Positions 1-12,352 of a DNA stretch of 64,000 nucleotides are shown in pieces. The DNA is from Octopus bimaculoides (Eukaryota), in assembly GCF_001194135.2 (NCBI RefSeq), contig NC_068988.1, positions 17,739,128 through 17,803,127 on the forward strand, in the 5' to 3' direction. Position numbers and translations under genes: made by a program. The notes below the pieces were generated by a model that saw only the letters and a program-made list of their open reading frames with translations, was not told where the DNA came from and did no database searches. Positions within the stretch are counted from its first letter, which is position 1. Each line of letters opens with the position of its first letter.

Positions 1-48
<48 letters not shown>

Positions 49-349
49 ATATATATATATATACACATACACGAACACAGATATATAACTATATATATGA
101 CTATATGTGTATGTATATCTATATACGTGTTTTTTTAATGTATATCTACCTATCTATCTGTCTTTATATATATATATATAGATATATATGTATATATATT
201 CATACATATGTGAGTGTGTGTGTGTACACCTGTATATGTGTGTATGTATATATATATGATATATATGTGTGTGTGCATATGAACTCAAATCCAAGCACGC
301 ACATATAAACACACTGCTATATGAACACTATAAAAACGAAAGGAAAAGT

Positions 350-385
<36 letters not shown>

Positions 386-782
386 TGCATGTATGCATAT
401 ATACATATATTTATATATGTAAATTGATTTCGCACGCCAGCAAATAAATAGCTGCATATATCAAATATCTTGGTTCTTTTTTCCTAGGAGATGCTTCTGG
501 AAAATATGCTATCTGTTAGGTAATTATTTTTGCTTACTACAGCGGAAGAAAATATGGTTGTTGTGACCTCATGTCTTAACCAAAGGGACTAGTGATTTAA
601 TACAACAGGGGAACTCGTCTAACTGGGAATTTACATGTATACAACGACTACGATCTCACGTTTCAGTGTTAAAATCGCTTACACCCAAACACTTACTTTC
701 ACATACACAGATACTCACACACATATATAACATCTATATGTATTTCTGTATATATGCATACGCTTATAAATTTATGTGTGTG

Positions 783-813
<31 letters not shown>

Positions 814-857
814 TCATAACTATATATACACACACGCACACACACATTTATATTATC

Positions 858-896
<39 letters not shown>

Positions 897-1293
897 ATGC
901 GTGTGTGTGTGTATTACATAAATATTACAAACGTTGAATATATGTAGAAATCCTTGTTTGTGTATGCTTGTCTGTGTCTCTGTGCATGAGTGTGGTTATA
1001 TGTATGTGCATGTGTGTATGTATGTGCGTGCATATTATATTTAATAGACACGTTTATTCTCGCTGTGAAAACATAATCCGTGATTGAATCGCAATGTCTT
1101 CGGTAGCTGAGTGAGCAATCGGCAGTCGATTACCTCATGTATCTCGAGACTTCACAGATTGGGTTATTTCAACCGTCAGTAACCGAAGTCAGGAGCAATA
1201 TATTTTCTGAAAAGCATAAACATATTCATACTATCATAAATTTGTTTATATGCTATAAGATGTGTATTATTAGATACATACACATTCACAGTC

Positions 1294-1667
1294 GAGGCAC
1301 AATGGCCCAGTTGTTAGGGCAGCGGACTTGCGGTCATAGGATCGCAGTTTCCATTCCCAGACCGGGCGTTGTGAGTGTTTATTGAGCGAAAAGACCTAAG
1401 GCTCCGGCAGGGGATGGTGGTGAATCCTGCTGTACTCTTTCACCACAACTTTCTCTCGCTCTTACTTCCTGTTTCTGTTATGCCTGTATTTCAAAGAGCC
1501 AGCCTTGTCACACTGTGTCACGCTGAATATCCCCGAGAACTACGTTAAGGGTACACGTGTCTATGGAGTGCTCAGCCACTCGTACGTTAATTTCACGAGC
1601 AGGCTATTCCCTTGATCCGATCAACTGGAACCCTCGTCATCATCGTAAGCGACGGAGTGCCAACAAC
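1294..1667 (+). mobile_element. tRNA-derived SINE, family C, full-length copy
   Basis: tRNA-like head (TGGCCCAGTTGTTAGGGC A-box-like; degenerate B box). Highly similar to the copy at 28537-28997 over its whole length; ends in CAACAAC. Confidence 0.85.
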
Positions 1668-2334
1668 ACATTCACACACTCATACACACACGCACGCATA
1701 CAGGCATCGCACATGCACGCACGCACACGAATATACTCAAATACATATTTATGTCTATATAGTGTTCATTAATAAAAATACGAACTTAGCTGTTCCGTCC
1801 TCACACATGTCTATTTAAAAGACCGCATTGTACCGTTAGTACAATGTTAGTGCTTCTTTCTTTGTAGCCTGTTGATAGCTCTATATTTTTGCTGATGATG
1901 TTCTATGTTCAGCTGAGACGTGACGTTTGCGTTTCTGAGAGTCATCAGAAAGATGAAATCACTTAGCTGATTTTTCTCACTAAACTGCCGAAAATTTGGT
2001 ATTTAATCAAATTTTATTTCCTAATTGAGACTAAATTCTTCAGATAACTCTTTCTGCTCCTCTTGTTTTATATGACTGTATTTTCTACAATATAGATCGA
2101 AACATTTTGAAGAATGGTAAGCAAACGAGTTGTAAGGCCATCTAGCTTCGGGGTTTATCGTGTTTTTGTTTTCGGAATCTATATTGTTTTGCTTCTCATA
2201 ACTCTTCTGTGTTGACTCTTGTGTGTTAACGATACACTGAATTATATTACCGCATGTTCTTGAATATTGATTAGGTGTTATTTTCAGAAATTGGGAAACA
2301 AAAATGTTTAACGGCATTTCTCCTGAGTCTTTAC

Positions 2335-2654
2335 ATGTTTAGCTCAAATCCCGCGGAGGTCGATTTTCTTTTCATTCTCTTACGAGGTCGATAATATGAA
2401 TACCTGTTGAGCACTTGAATCGATGTTCTTGACTAACCTCTCTCCTGCAGAAATTGCTGGCTTATCGTTATCACGCCAAGCAAAATGCTCTGCGGTATTT
2501 CAGGTTACGTTCAGAGTTCAAATTCCGCCGAGGTCGACTTTGCTTTTCATCCTTATGGGATTGATGAAATAAGTACCAGTGAAACACTGAGGTCGATGTA
2601 ATCGACTAGAATCCTCTTCGCAAATTTTCAGGCCTTGTGCCTTTAGTAAAAAGG

Positions 2655-2705
<51 letters not shown>
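2335..2705 (+). mobile_element. Two adjacent family B SINE copies (partial 2335-2430; near-full 2455-2705 with (ATT)n tail)
   Basis: Shared core GTTCAAATTCCGCCGAGGTCGACTTTGC(T/C)TTTCATCC...GGTCGATGTAATCGACTAG seen in more than 10 copies in the window; (ATT)n tail at 2655-2703. Confidence 0.8.
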
Positions 2706-5700
2706 GATATCGTTGTTGTTAAGGGTGGCGAGGTGATGGTGGTAGTGTTTGTGATGTAGTTATTCTTTTGATCATCGTCATTTTCATCATCAATCATCCT
2801 CATCGTCATCATCATTATTATAATTACAATTATTTGTAATATTATAAAATAACTTTTTCTTGACTTAAATTCGATAAGATAACCATTTTTATACCAATAA
2901 TATAGACAACGAGTTGAAGCCATTGAAAGATTAGGGTTTACATAGATTGTAACGTTAGTAAAATGATAAATTTTGTCTTTACCATCTTAAAGGTGACCTA
3001 TTAGTCCATCATATTCGTTACTCGGAACGGAAATTAAATCTTTATATGTTCCACTACCACATCTGGTTCCTTCCTTCAAAGATATGGCCAATATTATGCA
3101 GTGATCTCATGAAATTCAGTGATTAACCTTAGCCCTGATAACCTCTAGTGTTTCTACTACGTTTTCGTTAAATCAAATCAACTGAATTGGCTAAAACCCT
3201 ACCAGACCTTTTTACCGACCATGCTTGCATTTATATGTAGTTTTTATTTCTCTTTTTTGTGCAAACCAAGTACATTCGTTAAACAACTGTTTCATTCTTT
3301 CCTCCACTTTTCCACGAAATTGGCGACTGCTATCTGACTGAGCAGCTGTTTTATTTCAATTATCAATTACCATAATTACTATTTTAAATATTCTTATAGA
3401 CAAATGAACATAACCAACGGTGTCATCATAATATTAATCAACAGGTTCACCATAATTAATAATTTTATTAGATACCAATGAATTTCTTTCTATCGTCTGT
3501 TCGTCGCATCTTAATGCATCAAAATGTTAGACCAAATTTACAGAGAATAACGGAAGAGTATTTCATACAAGTTCTTTTCGAGGAAATTATGAAAATAGCA
3601 TTGCAATGTTTTTATAAGCAACATAACTCTAAAACATATCTACAAGATATTTGACTTATATTTGTGTCTAAATATCATATGTAAGTGTTTGTAAAATTTG
3701 CAACTACGTATGTAATAGCAGTCAATAAGCTGTTTCTATTTTGTGTATTTATTTTGACAAAGTTTTTTACACCAAATTCGTGATATTCACAGTAGATATT
3801 TAGTATAAGCAATGATAATATCAGATACGTTATGTAACCGAGCGATTCAATATTTTTTCTTAAAATTCATAAACAACAATCACATCAACCAACAATATAA
3901 ATACAATTGTTTACATTTAGAAAAATCCTGGGAAAATAAATACATGGGCCATATTCTATTTACGACATCGTCTGAAGCACGTTATCATCGTCTTAGAACT
4001 TTAGATCTTTCAACGTTTTCGTAAACTGAAGACATGCACTAGACAAACAACCTGCAAGGGAATATTATATGGAGTTCTTTCTTTCTTCTTGATAAGATTT
4101 ATTTCGTTTCGTTTTGATTTGTCTTTGCTCTTCTTTCCTATCATATTTCTTGGTTATTTTTCTAAGGTTTTCTACTCAGAATTTTAGGCATTTCAGTCTT
4201 TCTGTTATTGTTTATGGTATCGTGAATAACACAAAGTAATGGTAATGTTCCATTTCTATTTCCTCAGTGATTTGGTTTATTTCTTTATTTCTTAATTTCG
4301 ACTGAAATGATAAGAGATTCTTTACAATTTCTGTAAAGGTCACTTGAGAAATTTAGAAAAATTAGTCACATAGATAGTTGAAACAAGGAACAAAAATAGA
4401 ATCATCTACTCAGTTATCTTTCCAAAGATCTCCTTTGTGGGTGGTTTTAGTGCAAACATGGTTTCAGAACTATAATTAGGAACAAAATATTTTTTTCCCA
4501 ACTTTAATCAACAGAAAACTTGCAATGCTTTTCTGATAAAAGAAAGATATTCTAGTTAGATATATCTTGCATAAAATAATTAGATGTTTCTTCATTTGTA
4601 AAATCATTATGAACTCTGAAGTGTAGGTGTTTTCAATTTACAGTTACGACAATAAAATATTAAAGTTTCGTGTGATTCACCTTTATTGTACTCTAATTCG
4701 TTATGACAATATATGCATCTGCCACATAGGGGTGTAAGAATCGTATTTTAGTTGTGTAATTTAAATTGTTTGTTATAGTGAATACCCATTTGTGGAAATA
4801 TAAATACTGCACTAGACTATCACATTTATCACCTCAGACTGTTATCATTTGAAGTGATAAAATCAAAGAAATACCAACACAAATTTTATCAACATAATTT
4901 TATCTTCAGATCAGCTGGATCCTGAACCCCCTTGAATCCGGAATCCCCTCATAATAACTTATAATCTTCAATGATTATCTTATTTCTGTCTTCAAGATTG
5001 GTGTTTAAACAAAGACTAGGGAACCTCTTACTCCCACGGCTACTAGATGGCCTTTGATGCTACTCAATTCATCCGCCTTTTGATAGGTTTCGTTTTTCAT
5101 CTGGTATGGTGTACACCAAAAACCATCCTCTCTACCGTACAGGCTTGGTAGGATTGGCGGTACAACCGCCGACGACCCGAACATGGAACAGGTGGTGTTA
5201 GGTTACATGTTACTAGTAGCACTAAGATTGACTTAACACATACATATGTGCATACATACAGGAAAACTTTCACGTGCGCAAGTTTCTGAATAATGCATGG
5301 GCCTCTTTGTGTATTCTGAAATATTACTCTCATGATGAATATGATTATTAACTCTAGTGCAAGAAACATATAATTCAAAATTTATTTTAATTTATATTCT
5401 TTAGTCAGCTATGATCGATGTTTTCTTGTTAATTTTTAAAAGCGAAGAACATGTCTTCCAGCATTGAATTTTCTTGTATCCGATATTCAGACAAGTTGTC
5501 GCCAATAAGTGATTATTGTTGCTACTATCGTTGTCAAATTAGAACAATTATATATTATTTATTGATGTTGTTAAATTATGTAAAAAATGATGACAAATAT
5601 TTCTATTATAATGCAGGTGAATATAATATCTTTTTTTCCGACGTTGCTTATAAATATTCATTTACTCAATTATTTATGAATTTATCGCATCGGCTCCGAC

Positions 5701-5808
5701 TCATTTCATATCTCACAAAAAATTACCAGCAGAGGAACTTCAAAACCTCCTGGAAAATAACCATAGCGAGGGACATTCCACAGTTGAATTAGAACAGTCA
5801 CAAACAGT

Positions 5809-5995
5809 GAAAGAAGACATGCACCCAACACCAGAGCTGAAGACACCTCCGAAAGGGGGTGGCCCCGCCACGTCAAAACGGTAGAGGAGTAGGGGCCGAA
5901 ACCGGACGTGGTTCCTCCTGATGATGTCTTCAGCTAACTGGATCCTATAAAGGAGCTGTTGTGGTAGCAGACCACGAAACATGGTTGAAATTCCT
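5809..5995 (+). repeat. GC-rich structured interspersed repeat, copy 1
   Basis: Nearly identical reverse-complement copy at 59288-59472; 11-bp outer helix 5835-5845/5925-5935 plus internal hairpins. Confidence 0.85.
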
Positions 5996-6404
5996 TTCTT
6001 CTTCCTGTGTCTAAACCTTCGAAAAGGTAGAATACGTTAGATAATATAATTCTGTATAAGCTATGCCTTTTTAATTATTTCAATGATTTGAAAATTCTTT
6101 GATCATTTACTTGATCGGGGCTAAAGATGATAGTACCTGTAAAGTATTTTATTTTAGGATAGAACATTGAAATGAACTAAGTTATTTTAGTGGCTGTGGA
6201 TAGTAGATATGAGAAAGAATATATACTAGGTTAGTTAAGAAAGGCCATGTATTTGTCTCACATGCAACTACCCATACACTGTGCAGTGGAAACACGTGTA
6301 GGTCGCCCTAACCACAAACATGTGGTATGAAATTGTAAAATAAAAGAAAATAAGTTTTGTGGATGTAATAGTCTTCATATTTTCTATCGTTCTAATTACT
6401 GTAC

Positions 6405-6435
<31 letters not shown>

Positions 6436-7267
6436 NNNNNNNNNNNNNNNNNNNNNNNNNNNNNNNNNNNNNNNNNNNNNNNNNNNNNNNNNNNNNNNNN
6501 NNNNNNNNNNNNNNNNNNNNNNNNNNNNNNNNNNNNNNNNNNNNNNNNNNNNNNNNNNNNNNNNNNNNNNNNNNNNNNNNNNNNNNNNNNNNNNNNNNNN
6601 NNNNNNNNNNNNNNNNNNNNNNNNNNNNNNNNNNNNNNNNNNNNNNNNNNNNNNNNNNNNNNNNNNNNNNNNNNNNNNNNNNNNNNNNNNNNNNNNNNNN
6701 NNNNNNNNNNNNNNNNNNNNNNNNNNNNNNNNNNNNNNNNNNNNNNNNNNNNNNNNNNNNNNNNNNNNNNNNNNNNNNNNNNNNNNNNNNNNNNNNNNNN
6801 NNNNNNNNNNNNNNNNNNNNNNNNNNNNNNNNNNNNNNNNNNNNNNNNNNNNNNNNNNNNNNNNNNNNNNNNNNNNNNNNNNNNNNNNNNNNNNNNNNNN
6901 NNNNNNNNNNNNNNNNNNNNNNNNNNNNNNNNNNNNNNNNNNNNNNNNNNNNNNNNNNNNNNNNNNNNNNNNNNNNNNNNNNNNNNNNNNNNNNNNNNNN
7001 NNNNNNNNNNNNNNNNNNNNNNNNNNNNNNNNNNNNNNNNNNNNNNNNNNNNNNNNNNNNNNNNNNNNNNNNNNNNNNNNNNNNNNNNNNNNNNNNNNNN
7101 NNNNNNNNNNNNNNNNNNNNNNNNNNNNNNNNNNNNNNNNNNNNNNNNNNNNNNNNNNNNNNNNNNNNNNNNNNNNNNNNNNNNNNNNNNNNNNNNNNNN
7201 NNNNNNNNNNNNNNNNNNNNNNNNNNNNNNNNNNNNNNNNNNNNNNNNNNNNNNNNNNNNNNNNNNN

Positions 7268-7310
<43 letters not shown>

Positions 7311-7781
7311 TATATTTATATATATATATATATATATTTGTGTGTGTATATATATGTGTGTATGCAAGTATGTATATGTGTGTGTAAGACTAATTATATT
7401 GCATATCTATTGTTAGGTAATGGAATAAAATGGTATTCATGACATTAGTCTAAGAATATTCTCGTAAGAGAAGTAACATATTAACAGTGCCAGATACATA
7501 TACTTTCTAGATGTGGGTTAAGAGCAGAATTCTATAAACGACAAATAGTATTCATCGAGAATTCCATGTACTTTTAGATATAACAAGTAGAATTCTAGTG
7601 GGAGAAAAAAAATAAGAAACATATTCGGTCAACCGATCGTTTATCTTAGCATCTCTCAGATACATCTTTCTACCTCCGATCGATCGATAAACAGATCCAT
7701 TGAATGATTGACTGATTGATTTAGTGACTGCATTTTAGGCACAGAAGGAGGTAGATATAAATAGAGGGACAGCTTCGGATA

Positions 7782-7817
<36 letters not shown>

Positions 7818-7827
7818 NNNNNNNNNN

Positions 7828-7872
<45 letters not shown>

Positions 7873-8149
7873 ATATATCGATATATATAAGATAGCTGGA
7901 TATATGTGGTATGTGTGCGTGTGCTTGAATGTGCCTGTGTATGTACGCATGTAAAAACGCGGTATAAAATGTTAAATTTAACCCTGTATATGAGTGGGCA
8001 TGTGTGAGTGCACTTATGTGTATGTATGTATGTATGTATGTATGTATGTATATATGTGTGTGTGTGTGTGTTTGTATGTATATAGAGTGAGAGACGCAGT
8101 GAAACGTCCGTCCATACATACATACGTACGACTTGAAACTGTACGGCCA

Positions 8150-8760
8150 AATATCGACCATATAGAAAAACAAACCATAGAAGGAATTGATTATGTCAAA
8201 CTCTTTGTATAGACTACTGACAAATTTATGACATCCCACTTCATAGGCTACCTCTGTACCATTCAAGAACCCACCAAGTACTTACAGCATAAAATGCAAA
8301 AAACGTTGACAAACAACAAATACATGCTGTGCAAGACTAAAACTGAAGGCAACAAACCCATTATTGCCAACTGCGGGAGTATTGTCTTCCTGATATTTCT
8401 CCCTCGAGGCATGAAGTTGTAGCCAAAACAGTTTGGAACAGAATATCAAAATGAAAACACCTACAAACGAAGTTGACCATATTCAAACCGATGTATGTCA
8501 AAATAATAATTGGTGGAACTTAAAAATTAAAACAGCCACCAAGTTACAACACAACTGGATATATATTGTTATATGGTACAACAAAGAAAAGATAAGTTGT
8601 ATTTGGTAAATCAGCTGCCCTCTGGACACCAGTGTTGTTAGAAAGATACAACAGAAAGAAGACGTCTATGGACCATTTGTAAGAAGCTTCTAAATCTCAA
8701 ACCGAAGATACATTTTCAACTTTATACTTATTATTGAAGCAAGAGGACGCATATCAATCC
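8150..8760 (+). mobile_element. Degenerate non-LTR retrotransposon C-terminus with zinc knuckle and restriction-like endonuclease (R4/Dong-like)
   Basis: Frameshifted translation TIQEPTKYL...NNKYMLCKTKTE...IIANC...RHEVVAK...WWNLKIKT...HNWIYIVIW...*ISCPLD...KEDVYGP. This matches the CxxC-H-C, RHD and PD..E..K layout of RLE-clade elements; the catalytic PD and E positions are mutated. Confidence 0.7.
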
Positions 8761-9063
8761 GTCTGGAGCAGAGTATGACTGAGCGTGGGATCTTGGGGAG
8801 AGAACACAAATCTTTAATTCATATGCTATGAATTGTAACGATATGTGGGACTATAAAATCTGCAAGACCTTCTTAGGATTTGAAGGATGATGGTTACAAC
8901 AATGTGCCTTTCTTCACAACTTTGCTATCAAGAAGGTGGCCGATCAAAATTTATTTTAAATTAAGACGAGAAAAAGAACGTACATACATACATATATAAC
9001 CCAAAGCAAAAGCCAACCACATTAACAAAAGCAAAATTCAAAATGAACAAACAAGATAAAACA

Positions 9064-9101
<38 letters not shown>

Positions 9102-9282
9102 NNNNNNNNNNTGGCCCTAATGTTGGAAACATTATCAAACACCCATGCTCAGTACATATGTTTTTTTTCCGATCACTGGTTCGCTGCGGTTTAGCGCTTT
9201 CAGAAGGACAAGATAACACATAAAAACGACGAAATATCTGAATCCATCACTCCTAAGTTGGAATGGAGATGAGTTGTCTCAC

Positions 9283-9342
9283 CTGAAAATGACATCCAGG
9301 TGTATTAACACCCAGCGCTCTGAGGGAGTCGTCCTCAAATCG
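9283..9342 (-). other. Candidate 60-nt internal exon (unidentified gene)
   Basis: Minus strand: pyrimidine-rich tract ending TTTAG, 60 GC-rich nt, then CAG|GTGAGA. Open in two frames (RFEDDSLRALGVNTPGCHFQ, or DLRTTPSERWVLIHLDVIF). Confidence 0.35.
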
Positions 9343-9694
9343 CTAAACGTAGCAAACCAGCGAACAAGCAAAATGAATATACCGAGTATGTGCGATCGGT
9401 ACTAGCGCTGCTTTTAATTCGTAATTGAATTTGTATATAGCAATAGACAGGCAATTCTGTTCGTCCCCGGTTCGATTCGGATATTTGATGTTGATAAGCC
9501 ACAAGAATGATGAAATATTGGTATCCAAGACTCCTAAACGTGGGTTGTCATTCCTGCTTATGTCTTTCAGGTGTTCTAACACTCAGTACTATGACGGAAT
9601 CGTCCCGAAAGCTCAGTACGTTAGCGAACCGGTGAACAAGTAAAACGCATGCATTCTGTATTATGGGCGGTCGATAATATATATATATATATAT

Positions 9695-9813
9695 AAACAA
9701 TATATGAGTATATGCATATATATGTACATGTATGTATATACGTTCATCCACATGTACATATAGATACATAACTGGGTACATGACGTGGCAAAAGAACAAG
9801 GACAAAAATGGTA
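9695..9813. repeat. Interspersed repeat segment, copy 1 (possible Penelope-like terminal region)
   Basis: Near-identical direct copy at 63875-63992 (AAACAATATATGAGTATATGC...GATACATAACTGGGTACATG...GGCAAAAGAACAAGG). Confidence 0.75.
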
Positions 9814-10006
9814 AACAAGCTGCAACAAACAAGCAGGCCACATAGAAACATCCCCTTCATCAGCAGCCACCATTAAAAATCCGGCGTTTCGAAGAATTAA
9901 GGCAGTACGCATCGTTAAAATGGTTCTTCCCACGAACACAAATTAAATTGTTTTCGTGGAGGGTAGTGGCGGACGGAAAACAAGACAGGAAAACGAAACG
10001 GTAAAA

Positions 10007-10893
10007 TAGGGTCATCCTATAAATGATGCGGTATTTTATACATCTTTTATTTTTCAAAATTAAGATAGACAAAGTTCTTATTTAACCTAAAATATACTCT
10101 CCTTCATTTTCCACAATGCTCTTCCATCTATCCAGTAGACTTGCAAGACCTCTCTTCCAAAATTCACTCATCTGTGACGAAAATTACTTTTCCAGTACTG
10201 TTCTGACCTTATCTACAGAATTCATATTTTTTTCCGTTTGAATGACTGCAGAATAAATGATAATCAGATGGGGCAACATTCGACGAATGTGATGGGTGGG
10301 GCATCGTTTCCCATTCAAACTGTTCCAGCCTTTGGAATGTCGTGCTCGTTGTATGTGACCGAGTATTATTCTGATGGAAGAACACCTTCCGTCTCGAAAC
10401 ACATGGTGGTCGTTTGTGAGGAACCTATTGATTCAATTTGCTGAGACTTCCGATTCCATGAGAGTATCAATGAATGGTTTAAAACCAAATCCAAGCTTCT
10501 CTGCTAGTTCTCCAACAGTTACGATGGGATTTTGTTCCACCAGATTTTGCAGGACGTTCTCGTCGAGCTCTGCAGATCTTCCAGGACGAGACTCGTCTTC
10601 TAGACTGTAGTTTCCGTCTCGCAATTTCTGGAATCACCATTGACACTGTCTTACGCTTATTTCCGATCCATAAAGCACCGGACATACTCCTTTGTCACTT
10701 CCACATTACAGCTTTGAAAGAATCACTGTTGAAATCGAACTACAATCTTCAAAACTTGCACTAGCAATAATTCCAAAGTAAAATTATTACCTACGTTTAT
10801 AGCAAGTTGATGCAGGTATCTTAGCCCGTCCTCCTCCGACTTTTGGTTCATGCAATTGAAAAAAAAACGCATTATTTATGGGATGATCCAATA
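10007..10893 (-). mobile_element. Internally deleted mariner (Tc1/mariner) element with both TIRs
   Basis: Imperfect ~30-bp TIRs (TAGGGTCATCCTATAAATGATGCGG at 10007; reverse complement TATTGGATCATCCCATAAATAATGCG ending at 10893). Minus-strand remnants SLEDESRPGRS...LVEQNPIVTVGELAEKLG (HTH), FHQNNTRSHT and EWETMPHPSHSSNVAPSDYHLF (YSPDLAPSD motif); the first catalytic Asp region is deleted. Confidence 0.9.
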
Positions 10894-12081
10894 TATATAT
10901 GTGTATGTATACATATATATATACATACATATATACATGTACGTGCCTGTATGTATGCATACATGTACGTGTATATATATATATATATATATATTAAAAA
11001 AATCATGAACTGTGTATATGTCTGTGTACATAAAAATAATTGCACACATACTCGCACATACTGCCACTATTTCGTGATTTGTGCCGTCACTTCAAATGCA
11101 ACCTATGATTGCGCGTAATTTACGAATAGGAAGACAAACTTCTCTCTTTGATTTCTTAAATATAACTTCTGTTGAATGTTCCCTAACCTACATTCTCCAG
11201 AAAATAACCTTCAATATCAATTCTTGAAGATAACAATGTAAAAAAGAATATAGCAGCATCTTTTATACAAAAATATCTCGCAAAGAATGTACAGAAGCAG
11301 AAGAATCTAGAATGTATTTTCAATATATTTTCAACATCAGATGTCAAAACAGTATGGTAATTTTTCCGTCATTATATTACTTTTTTTTTGTTTTTTTGCT
11401 GATGTATTTGTTGTTTTCTTGTTGTTGCTTCAAGTATTATTGCTAATGTCTATAGTTATACACTGCAAATGTCAATATGGAATCGGGTCATACTCTGAAG
11501 TCAACAGGAAAAGCGTCTCGTGACAATAGAGAATGTAGTACGAACGAAATCCATACAAACAGAAGATACACAAACAAATACATACACGCATACTTACACA
11601 TATATATGTGTGTGTGAGTGTTTGTATGTATTTGTGTGGGTGTATATGTACATACATATATAATTCAGACATAACCTATATAAGTAATTGTAGATTTTAT
11701 CTGTATTTATCCAAGTTGTTTTCAAACGGTCAAATAGTATCATTGTTTATAAATTAATAAATATCATCTTTAGTTTAAATGTATACGTTTTTAATATCTT
11801 TTTACTAGGAGGGACGATAATGGACATAACCCTTTATAGATCCTCCAAGATGGATGGGAAGTAAGAAACAATCTTCAAACCGGAAACCTTTTTTCGAATG
11901 TTTGCGAATTACATTCTGCCAAAGCTACCAAAACTACCAAGTGATGATGTTAAGACTGGATTGGCAATTTTCTTTTACCGCTAAATGATGAAAGACAAAG
12001 TTGATATCGACTGAATTTGAACTTAGGGCACATTGATTCTTGTTCATTTAATATTGATTATTATTTTTAAAAATATTCTAA

Positions 12082-12222
12082 AGTGTCAGCCTGACAGAAT
12101 TGTCAGCACGCTGCAAAAAATGCTTTGCAGCACTTCGTCCGTTTTTACGCTCTCAGTTCAAATTCCATCGAAGTCGACGTTGCCTCCCATGCTTTGGTGG
12201 TCGATAAAATAAATAGGAGTTT
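12082..12222 (+). mobile_element. Family B SINE, 5' part
   Basis: Head CTGACAGAATTGTCAGCACG and core GTTCAAATTCCATCGAAGTCGACGTTGCC...GGTCGATAAAAT match other family B copies. Confidence 0.7.
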
Positions 12223-12236
12223 AACTCTAGGGTTGA

Positions 12237-12352
12237 TACATTATTTACATTTGACGGATATTTGTCCTCATCTTGTTTGTTGTTAACACAACGTTTTGGC
12301 TGATATACCCTCCAGCCTTCATCAGGTGTCTCGGGGAAATTTCGAACCTGGG
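12237..12352 (-). repeat. Hammerhead-ribozyme-bearing repeat, 5'-truncated copy with a core mutation
   Basis: Minus strand GACAC-CTGATGA-A-GGCTG-gagggtatat-CAGCC-AAAA-CG-TT-GTGTT, near-identical to 39301-39415; the G of GAAA (G12) is A here. Confidence 0.85.

Noticed and set aside
488-519. Isolated plus-strand micro-exon-like segment (similar ones at 11809-11860, 28136-28157 and 51443-51452)
   Set aside because: Good-looking sites, but such patterns are expected by chance in AT-rich DNA and they could not be linked into a convincing frame.
9455-9482. CCCGGTTCGATTCGGG T-arm/B-box-like hairpin
   Set aside because: No A box, D arm or acceptor stem nearby; not a tRNA gene.
9851-9896. Permuted hammerhead-like words on minus (TTCTTC-GAAAC...CTGATGA-AGGGGA)
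   Set aside because: Stem II could pair, but there is no U at 16.1 and no stem I hairpin; not a supportable ribozyme in this copy.
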